Part shown: piece after piece, positions 10,709 to 19,714 of the stretch | How the letters are laid out: every line of letters starts with the position of its first letter | Numbering within the stretch: the first letter of the stretch is position 1 | NCBI GenBank assembly: GCA_026025795.1 | Contig: JAPEUG010000036.1 | Span: 54,990 to 74,989, forward strand | Direction: 5' to 3' | Length of the DNA: 20,000 nt | DNA from: Thelocarpon superellum | Taxonomy: Eukaryota | Position numbers and translations under genes: made by a program | Notes under the pieces: generated by a model | The model's input: the letters and a program-made list of their open reading frames with translations, nothing else | Databases searched by the model: none | What the model was told of the DNA's origin: nothing

Positions 10709-13270
10709 TTAGAGATAAAACTCATGAATGCCCGACGGACCGAGCTCGTTATACTCCGAGCGAGTCATGAACCCCTTGCTGATACCCTGGTCAATGACGA
10801 AGACGACCTTGGCGGCGACCTGGGCACCGAGGAACGCAGCCTCTTCGAACCCAGCGTCCTTCCATTCGGGGAAGTAGTCCGGGATCTTAGGCAGTTTGAT
10901 GCTGGTCGGCGTCTGGTGCCCGTGCGACGTGTGGATCGAGTTGGAAATGCCGGCCTGGCCTACGTGCGGACTTCCTTGCGTGAGTGCCGCGGCGTGGTTC
11001 GAGGCCGTGGTGGCGGCGAGAAGGAGCGGGTTCACGGAGCTGCTGCCGCCCGCGCTAGGGCCGCCAAGGGCCGATGTGGACGCGGATGCCGACGCGAGTT
11101 GCGGCTGCGGCGTGTTGGCGCCCGTCGCGAGCGGCGTGGATAGATTGGACGGCAGCTCGGACGTGAAAATCGTCGCGGACGATGGCGAGATGAGGTATTT
11201 GGTCGTCAGCGTTGAGACGAGGGCGTCCTTGAAGCCTGTCGGTGCGCGTTAGGAGGAGGCTAGGGACCGTGAGAATGGGAGGGCTTACCTCGTACTCTGC
11301 ATCCATTCCCGACGATGACGAGCGAGTCCCAGAGGTCCCCCCGCTTGTTCACCTCGGGTACGGACAAAACAGTGCGGAAGATGGCGTCGGCCAGTCGATC
11401 CATGAAGTTGCCGCTGGTGCACTGGAATCGCTCCGTACCCACCTCGACCTCCTTGCGCACGAGACCCGGCACGCCGGTGAAGCGCGCCCGATTGCGTCGT
11501 CGTTCTTCTTTCCGCGCCGCCTTCTCTTGCTGTCGCCGCGTCGCTCCGCTCTCTTCTGCACTTGGGCCGGCTGCCTCTGAAGCGGCCTCCGGGGCTGCTT
11601 CCGATGCTTCTGGCGCGGCCTCCGGAGCCGCCTTTGCGGTGGTCACCGGAGCTGCCTCCTGCGCCGGGTTGGCTTGAGCAGCCTCGCTAGGCTTCGCCTC
11701 CTTCGCCTCCTCCTCGTCCTTCTTCTCACTGCTCGGCTCATCCCCAAGGAGGTCTGCGAGGACTTCGGCAGAGGGTTCGGTAGCGACGTCCATCGGGGCT
11801 GCGGCGGCCGCTTTCTCGCCGCCAGTCTCCGGCTCGTCCCGGCGCTCCTCATACATAAAGACGTTCTTCTCGCGCCGCGAGTTCGGGAGTCGAGTCGGCC
11901 GGACCGGACCCGCGGCTGCCTCGGCCGCCGCTTTCTTCGCCGCATCCCTCTCGGCCTTCTCCTTGTCCTTACGCGCCAGGAACTCCTGCGTCTTGCCGCT
12001 CGTGACGATCGCCGCCACGTCGAGGATCCCCTCGCCGTCTACCACGTCCTTCAAGTCGCCCATCTCCTCGTCGTCATCCCCCGCTCCGGCGCCGGCGACC
12101 AGACCCTGGCCTGCTGCTGCTGCTGCCGCCGCCTGGTCAACCGCCTTGGCTTCCGCCGAGATCGGCAAGGGCACGTCTTTGGGAAGGATTTCGCAGATGT
12201 TGCTCTTCTTCAGCTGCTCGCACATCTCGCGCGTCCAGCCCTTGGGGCCCAGCAACTCCAGCAGCCGCTGCGTCATCGTCTCGCCCCCGCATTCCGACAC
12301 AGCCACGCCGCGTCCGACGTCGTGCACGACAAACTCACTGACGGCGGTCACATCAGTCTTCTCGTAGCCGACGTCCACCACGGTGGCGGTCGGAATGCCG
12401 TATGCGTAGCAGACCGCCAGCGCCGAGTCCAACAGACAAAAGGCCGGCGTCTTGAACTTTTCAAAGAAGAACTGGGTGACGGTCTCGTGGTCCTGCTGGG
12501 TCCATGATGGTTGGGTGATGAGGAGAATGGGCGTGTGAAAGGGTGGGCTAAGGGTGTTGTGGATGTGGTTGAGGAGGGCCAAGAAGCATGACCAGTCCGT
12601 CACCCGCCCCTCCTTCAGCGGATAAACGGCGCCTTCTTCTGAGACCAGGTCTTCTTCGAAGTGGACCACCTCGTCCTCGTCTTCCTCGACTTCCTCCTCT
12701 TCCTCCTCTTCTACCTCTCCCGCCGCGTTCGTTTCCACAGCCGCCTCTGCTGGTTGGGGGTCGCCCGCATCTTGCATCTCCACGTCGCCTTCAGCTTTCG
12801 ACGCGCCATCGGTCGGCGCTGTTTCTTCTGACACTGGCTTTCCCGCTTCCGACTTCTTTCTGCTGTCTCCCTCCACCGTTCCTTCCGCTTCCTCTTTTAC
12901 CTGTTCTGTTCCATTTTGTTTCTCATTTCCTGTCGCTGCTGCCGTGGGGGGCGATGGTTCTCGAGCAGACAGTGCGGGCGCGGAGGCTTGAGGCGGTTGA
13001 GGCGGTTGTGGTGATTTGCGCTTCTCTCGGACCTTATGAGGTTCCCAGGTGCCCTTGATTTCGGCCGGGAACATGCGCGTGGGAACGCGTAGTTTGGCCG
13101 GCGTAAATGACTCCGGGAGGCCGAGTTGAGCCAGGGTCCGCTGAGACCCCGGAGCAATAATCTACCGTGGCCATCATTAGTACGTGCGGCGCCACAAGAA
13201 CAACATGGTCAGCAGCGGCACCAGCCACACGTGCACTTACCAGGACGTGTTCATCCTTGAACGGAGGCAT
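10709..13270 (-). CDS. ARP9: Actin-related protein Arp9 (RSC / SWI-SNF chromatin remodelling subunit), ~809 aa; exons 13270-13241, 13161-11289, 11235-10709
   Basis: Spliced N-terminus MPPFKDEHVL|IIAPGSQRTLAQLGLPESFTPAKLRVPTRMFP. Actin-fold motifs: YPLKEGRVTDW, QFFFEKFKTPAF, TATVVDVGYEKTDV, LWDSLVIVGNG, YFPEWK, FLGAQVAAKVVF, YNELGP. Introns 13162-13240 (GTAAGT..ACTAAT..TAG) and 11236-11288 (GTAAGC..CCTAAC..CAG). The spliced CDS is 2430 nt. Confidence 0.88.
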
Positions 13271-13738
13271 TGTGAATATATGAATTGGGCAACACCACTG
13301 GCGCACCCAGCCTGCACAGCCTGCACAGCCTCACCAATCAAGTCGTCCTAGATCATCAATGTCTTCCTAAGCGACACCAGGCTGATCTGAGAGCGAGATG
13401 GACACAGCTGGGGGAGTTCGAAAAAGACGTACGACTTCGCTAGTGAATGGATCGCGTCGCGATGGAGCTCGAGTGCGGGTGGCTACGAGAACCATAGACG
13501 CACTTTACTCTTACCAGTAGGGTTTGTTACGGAGATCGACAACTTCCAGTAATGCACTTCATCTCGTGGAATTGCATGAGTAACTGACTACCCATTCACT
13601 TCTGTCCAATACTACCAGCGAAGCAGTAGTCACACTCAACTTGAACAGTACGATTCATCCATAATCCAACATGACTGAATGATGACGCGTTTTATATATA
13701 CGTGCCACAACATTCATGATGGTGCCACAGCTTTCAAT

Positions 13739-15081
13739 CTACCCCGATTGATAGAGTGCAGGCCCTGCGACCACATGGGGGTTGATCATGGTGAGATTAA
13801 AGGGCGTATACGTGATGTTGGCATCCGTCAGCGCGATAAACATGGTCCCGTTGATGGCCGGATCAGATTGAAAGGTGGAGATGTTGGGCTGAATGGTCAT
13901 GCCGGTGTTGCCGCGGATGTTGGTAAGGGCCGAGTAAGTCGTATTGAGCTGCGACACCCACACCACGTAGGCCGGCGCCCCAGCCACGGTAGATGTCACA
14001 TAGCTCTGATTGGGCCCGACAGGTTGTCCAGGCGATTCCCATGTCAGATACACCGTCTTGCCCGGATATGAGAGAGGAATTGTTCGATTCTGGGTGATGG
14101 CCGGAGCGCACGTTTCGCCGCAGGAAGCGTTCAAGCCAATCGACGAGATCGATTCATTGAAGCCGGTCTGGTTGGCGTCGGCCCGCGCTGGATTGGGATC
14201 ATTCAAGATGGTCAATGCAGGGAAGTTCTGCCACGCCAGGCGCGTGGTGTTGGCCGGACAGCTGGCGATGTATGGAGCAAGCAACGTCCAGCCCCAGGAC
14301 TGGGGGATGCCGGTCTCAAACCAGACGGGCATGGGGAAGAGCCCATCGAACTGACGAAAGATCATCTGTTGCCGCGCCTCGGTGGTGATGGATTGCAGCA
14401 GCAACTGTGCCGACTCACGCGAGTTGAGGTGATTGAGAAAGCCATACACGCCCGACTCGCCAAAACGGGTCAGTTTTTGGTTGAAGTCGACGAACTCGCG
14501 CACCGTGGTGAAAGGATAGGTATAGCTGCACTGCACCGGAGCCGCGGACCCCAGAATATCCGTGAGGAGTTTTGCGTGCCCCACTTCCTGATCCGCCATG
14601 AACTCGATCAGAAACCGATCGTCGGCATCTAAGCCGGCCTCCTCGAATTCCTCCACACTGAACTGTGCGAGCCCGTGATGGAAGAGATCCAGCTCGATCC
14701 ATTCCTGATATAAGGCTAGCGCCTGAAGTCACCGTTAGCTACGTACGACACCTCCCAACACCTCACGGCGATTTGGCTTACGATGGACTCGAAATCAAAG
14801 TCGCTCGTCACTTGGTAAACGGGCTCACTTCCGTTTGTGCCGAGTCCGCCGGCCGGTGTGTACGGTGCCGGCTCGGGAGCGTGAAGAGTGCCATCACGAG
14901 GGTACGAGGAGGCGTTCGGAGCCGGGGGTAATGCTGCAATGCTCGCATCGAGCACCGTGGTCGTGATGGCACCAATTGGTGATGACGATGGAGCCACTGA
15001 TGTCGCAACGGACGTCACCTGGGGGAGAGCATTGACAAAGGGTAGCAAGGCTACTGCCGCGACAGAATATAGAGCGCACAT
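13739..15081 (-). CDS. Secreted Rds1-like stress protein with ferritin-like domain, ~427 aa; exons 15081-14782 and 14722-13739
   Basis: ATG 15081 (AAAATG) begins a signal-peptide-like MCALYSVAAVALLPFVNALP followed by a Ser/Thr/Pro-rich spacer. Intron 14723-14781 (GTAAGC..GCTAAC..CAG) joins DFDFESI|ALALYQEWIELDLFHHGL. Ferritin-like motifs: MADQEVGHA, LTRFGESGVYGFL, SITTEARQQMIFRQF. These are typical of fungal Rds1-family proteins. Confidence 0.85.
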
Positions 15082-15823
15082 TTTAATTAAAGGACGCCGA
15101 AAGACGTAGAGGATGTGTGGATGTGTGGACAACCTCTGGGGAGCTAGGGAGGGGGATGCCCGGTTTGATATAGGACTGCACTCCCCACATCCATGGGTCG
15201 TCGTCATCGCCATCCTCGTCATCGTGGTGCGTTAACACGGAGCCCCACTTCTCCATGATGACGTATCTCGCAACTCGACGGTGACGCCGACGTACAAGGA
15301 CGAAAAGGACGAAAAGAAAGGGCAAGCGGAAGCGGCCACTAGTAGCTCCATGCTGGAACCCGGGCAAGGAAGAGGAGGTCGCCCGAGGACGCACGACGAG
15401 TGCCACGGGAAGGACAGGGTCTGACTGAGAGTCTTGTCAGCTTCTGGTCCACGCCGGAAGTAAATCCGGTCGTGAGATATGAAAAAGCGGACAGTGGTGA
15501 GCGCGAATGACACGCGGTGTTGCCATCATCGGATGCTGCCGAAAGAGATGACGTTGAGACTTTATCGACGTCGTACCCGCGGCGGCACATATTCAGAGAC
15601 TTTGATTTGACATAACCTGAAGTGGTTGGACCCTTTGACTAATCAGTAATCATTGCTTGCCTCCTCCACTCGCTACTCGTTAGGAGTATCGTGCTATGCA
15701 GAGCCTCGTAGTTTGCTCAATCAAGAGTGCTTTCTCATGATGGATCTCGTGCTCAGACCGTCTTCATCAAATTTTTGGTAAGTTTATATTTTTAATTTAC
15801 CCGCTCCCTATCGTATCTTGTTC

Positions 15824-15956
15824 GGTGCAGTGGGTAAGCACACGCCTATTCTTCGGTCTCCGGTCACATCTAACATGCCCCCCAGCGGAGTGGTTAACGC
15901 GTGAGCCTGCTAAGCTTATCCTTTCGGGGGCGCAGGTTCGAATCCTGCCTGCATCG
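15824..15956 (+). tRNA. tRNA-Ser(GCU), split gene: exon 1 15824-15833, exon 2 15886-15956 (81 nt spliced)
   Basis: Spliced sequence GGTGCAG TG GCGG AGTGGTTA ACGC G TGAGC CTGCTAA GCTTA TCCTTTCGGGGGC GCAGG TTCGAAT CCTGC CTGCATC G. Acceptor stem GGTGCAG/CTGCATC pairs 7/7 (one G-U), D-stem GCG/CGC, anticodon GCT at 15909-15911, long variable arm (Ser/Leu class II), canonical T-arm/B-box GGTTCGAATCC, discriminator G73. Confidence 0.92.
15834..15885 (+). other. 52-nt spliceosomal-type (GT-AG) intron inside the tRNA-Ser D-arm, between positions 10 and 11
   Basis: GTAAGCACACGCCTATTCTTCGGTCTCCGGTCACATCTAACATGCCCCCCAG: donor GTAAGC, branch CTAAC at 15870-15874, pyrimidine run and CAG acceptor. Precise removal restores the cloverleaf and a consensus A-box TGGCGGAGTGG. 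Confidence 0.85.
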
Positions 15957-15961
15957 CCAAA

Positions 15962-15966
15962 TTTTT
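15962..15966 (+). terminator. RNA polymerase III terminator (T5) after the tRNA
   Basis: TTTTT 5 nt after discriminator G73 (…CATCG CCAAA TTTTT). Confidence 0.7.
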
Positions 15967-16311
15967 GTTCCTCTATGGATCGACCATGTTCAATGTAAGA
16001 TCGAAGTTGTGGCTTTTGTTCTTTTACCTAGAGAAGGATGAGAAGCGAAATCCTTGCCCAGCAGCACGTAAAATATTGGAGCCCGTAGGTGTTCAAGATC
16101 TTCAGAACGGTGGATTCACTCGTTGAACGAGCGGAGCAGCGCTGGCCAATGCAAACCACCAAAAACGGCACTTAACTATCCAAGAGGAGCACCTTTGTAG
16201 CTGTTGTAAACAGTGGGTATCCATCCACTGGCATCTACCACATTGGCTTCAACTCTTCGGCCCTCAACGGGCAGTGCTTTGTTCCGGATCTCACCTCTCA
16301 GGCCTCCTCTT

Positions 16312-18433
16312 ATGAGCAAGACGAGGTGGAGTCATGCCATGACCAGTCCGCCAAACATGTCGGTCGATGAGACGGCTGTCTCCACATCAGCGACAGCAGC
16401 CCAACCTAGCTCCATCGAGGATACCCCCCAGGCGGGGCAGCGGGTGACACATGGCGGGAAGGAATACCACACCGTCCAGGAAGGGGCAGCCTTCATCTTG
16501 ATCCCCAAAGACTCCAACAGTGCCACCGAGGACGAGGCGGCTCAATCAGTCTTCTACAATCCCATCCAGCGCTTCAATCGCGACCTCACCGTCCTTGCCA
16601 TCAAGGCGTACGGGCAAGCGTTGTTGGCCAGCCAGCGGGAGAAGACGCAAAATGGGACGGCAAAGAAGGGAAGGCAGTCGAAAAAGAGGAAATGGGCCGA
16701 GCGGAATGCGGCGGCGGAGGCGGTCGATGTCAAGCCGATTGCCATGGAGGTCGAGCCATCAGGGGGGAAGGGACTGAACGAACCGCCGCCTACCAACGCC
16801 CCGGGTGTAGTTGGCGCAGCGTCTGATGAGGGGAAGTCATCGAAAGCTGCGGGCCCCATAACCCGTCCCTTTCGCATCCTGGACGCCCTCTCGGCGACGG
16901 GTCTCCGGGCGTTACGCTACGCAAAGGAGCTGCCCTTTGCCACGTGCATCGTCGCGAACGACCTGTCAGTGGACGCCACCAAAGCAATCAAGCTCAACAT
17001 TAAACTCAATCGAGTGGGCGACCGGGTTCACGTCAGTACGGGAAACGCCATGGCACAGATGTACGCTACGCTGACGCCCACCACATCTCGTGATTCAGCC
17101 ACGGGCGGGGGGAAGTACGACGTCATTGACTTGGATCCCTACGGTACTGCCGCTCCCTTCTTCGAGGCCGCCGTCCAAGCAGTCAAAGACGGGGGCTTGC
17201 TGTGCGCAACCTGTACCGACCCGGGAGTTTTTGCATCGGTGGGATATCCCGAGAAGACCTACGCACTATATGGAGGGACACCCGCCAAGGGGCCTCACTC
17301 GCATGAGGCTGGCTTGCGTCTGATCCTCCACGCCATCGCCTCGACGGCGGCACGCCACGGCCTGGCGATCGAGCCGCTACTTTGCTTATCCATCGACTAT
17401 TACGCTCGCGTCTTCGTCCGCGTCCGACGGTCTCCGGCAGCAGTGAAGTTTCTGGCGGGCAAGACGATGGTGGTGTATAGCTGCGATCAAGGTTGTGGGG
17501 CATGGGCGACGCAGCTCCTTCTGAGGAACAGAGCCACGAAGGCCAAGAATGGGGAGGCAATCTACCGACACGGGCTGGCACATGGACCGTCCGCGGGACA
17601 GCGCTGTGAGCATTGTGGCTTCTCAACACACGTACGTGGTCCACGTTTCACCATGTCAACGTGTCGACTAACGCGAGATATAGATTGCGGGGCCCATGTA
17701 CGCTGGGCCCCTACATTCAACGCCCTTCATCCAGAGCATGCTGGACGACCTTCCGCGCGTGGACGATGGCGTGTACGGCACAATAGCTCGCATCGAGGGC
17801 ATGCTCCTGACCGCGCTGGAGGAAGATCTGTCCCATGCCACGCCTCTGGAGCCCACGGGCGAGGATGAGATCGCTTCGAGGACTCAGTATGATCCCGCCG
17901 CGCTGGACCACCACCCCTTCTTCTTCATTCCCCACGCGTTGGCCAAGGTCATCCATTCCCAAACGCCACACGAGAACGCGTTGCGTGGGGCGCTCAAGCA
18001 TCTCGGCTACCGCGTGTCCCGGAGCCACTGTAAAGCGGGCAGCATCAAGACTGACGCACCGTGGTCCGTCATCTGGGAGGTGATGCGAGAATGGGCTCGG
18101 CAGAAGGCGCCGATCCGGGACGGGGCTGTCAAACCAGGCACCGCGGGCTGGGCGATCATGAAGAAGGACCCCCTCCCGGAAGGGTTGACATCATCGTCGG
18201 TCATGGCGCGTGATGCTCCGCTAGGCAGCGCGTCTGGACCAAAACCCGCGGTGACAGACGACGAATCGCCAAGCGCATCCGTACCGGCAGCCGATGACCT
18301 GAGTGACGGCACTGGTCGACAGGTCCAGTTCGACGAGGTGCTGGGACGACAGAAGGATCGCAAGCGGGTAGTGCGGTACCAGCTTAATCCGACGCCGAAT
18401 TGGGGCCCCATGAACCGAGCGAAATCGTCGTGA
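16312..18433 (+). CDS. TRM1: tRNA (guanine(26)-N2)-dimethyltransferase, ~689 aa from the first ATG; exons 16312-17631 and 17684-18433
   Basis: Trm1 motifs VFYNPIQRFNRDL, ILDALSATGLRALRYAKE, YDVIDLDPYG, GGLLCATCTD, HEAGLRLIL, LSIDYYARVFV, the Cys pairs CDQGC and CEHCG, SRSHCKAGSIKTDAP and the C-terminal RYQLNPTPNWGP. Intron 17632-17683 (GTACGT..GACTAAC..TAG) joins FSTH|IAGPMYAGPLH. Start is uncertain: in-frame ATGs at 16312, 16339 and 16357, and GTG at 16213. Confidence 0.94.
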
Positions 18434-18865
18434 ACAGGAGGAGCGCAGAGGGGGAGGGCATGACAGCCTCGGACTGTTCGCTAACACTGGACATGTGTCG
18501 GGCGACTTTCCTATGTTCCTGTGCTGGTCATGGCGAGAGCAAGGTCAAGTAGGAGACAACTGCGATTTATTCACCAGCGACACAAAAGCTACCGGTCGAA
18601 GGGATGAGGGTAAACACTGCGATCAATCTTCCGTTCTCTCCTTTCCTTTCTCTTCCAGCCCAGATTTCTTCAGCCACGCGATCCGTCGAGAGAAGCACAC
18701 CCTTGGCCGCCGGTGGCTACGGTAGGACCAACCAAAGCTCCCTCCATCGGCATCCACAACCGTTCCTCGACCTCTCCATTCCGATCAGCGACAGCATCGT
18801 GTCACCCGTGATAGGGAAACTTCCGAAAACCCCACATCCAGCTTCTATCCTCGACAGCAGCCACG

Positions 18866-19075
18866 ATGTGCAATTGGTTGATCACGCGGGTCATCTTTAT
18901 GTGCGGCCACAACCAGGAGACGGCGACCCACGCCGACTGCGGAGAGACCTGCCACAACCCGGTTCCTATCCCCCTTGGATCTCGTCGAGTGAACATGATG
19001 TGTCCGCAGTGTGAGCATGAAGGGCGATCTGTTCCACCTCGCCAGCGGATGTCATGGAATTACCCGAACTGGTAG
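18866..19075 (+). CDS. Small Cys/His-rich hypothetical protein (69 aa), possible Zn-binding
   Basis: MC-x10-CGH-x9-C-x3-C...CPQC pattern, good start context (GCCACGATG) and a C/T-rich leader upstream. I recall similar MC...CGH...CxxC small proteins in Pezizomycotina annotations, but this is not verified. Confidence 0.5.
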   Translation: MCNWLITRVIFMCGHNQETATHADCGETCHNPVPIPLGSRRVNMMCPQCEHEGRSVPPRQRMSWNYPNW

Positions 19076-19714
19076 GCGGTCCACTGGGATGGCTCGGGGG
19101 ACACTCCATGATTCTCCCTGCCCGTCCTCACTTGTCATTTTCTCTTGTCCTCCCACCCCAGATCAGTGAGAGCCAACACAATCTCAACACTTAATCCAGA
19201 CACATGCTCATCGTTCGTACACATGGTTGGGAGACGTAGGTAATGTCAGGTAGAAGATTGGAAAGCAGCAGGCTGGCTTAGTCAGCCACGACGACAAACC
19301 CGCATTCGAGCTATGGCTCGAGTAGTTCCGCAGTATTGTAACTACTACTAGTACTTACAGAGGGTGTTTACGGCAACTGCAGCCACGGTAATTCGCCCCC
19401 CACGTGACCCATTCCCAGGTGTACAAAAGCTTGCAGAATAGCTTCTGTAGTGAGAACCACTCGTCCTAGTTCACCATTCGGGGTGCGTCAGTAGGATCCC
19501 ATGCGATGACCACAGAAGAGCCGAGGGCATTGCTCGTGTCGCTGCGTGCCCAAGTGACGTGACTTAGCTCATGTCCACAGTCATGTTCAGCGTGTGATGT
19601 GGACTGTGGGGTGCAGGGGCCACTTGTTGATTGGCTTGAACTCAGTGTCATCGGTTAGTCTGCGGTCGCCATTCGCCGCCATTTGTGGTTGATTGTTGCT
19701 GGGGCAACAGTTTG

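Noticed and set aside
13308..13331. Short tandem duplication CAGCCTGCA-CAGCCTGCA-CAGCCT upstream of ARP9
   Set aside because: Only ~2.5 copies of a 9-mer, consistent with slippage; no evidence of function.
15834..15885. Canonical SEN-type or bulge-helix-bulge tRNA intron
   Set aside because: It is not at position 37/38, I see no BHB pairing at the junctions, and it carries GT/branch/AG spliceosomal signals instead.
15876..15959. Reading the tRNA as an unsplit gene or truncated pseudogene beginning ~15876 (TGCCCCCCAG...)
   Set aside because: Those bases do not pair with the 3' acceptor strand CTGCATC, whereas GGTGCAG at 15824-15830 pairs 7/7.
19271..19350. Small inverted repeats (GGCTGGC/GTCAGCC; AGTAGTT/AACTACT)
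   Set aside because: Stems of 7 bp or less are expected by chance; no transposase, target-site duplication or ncRNA motif nearby.
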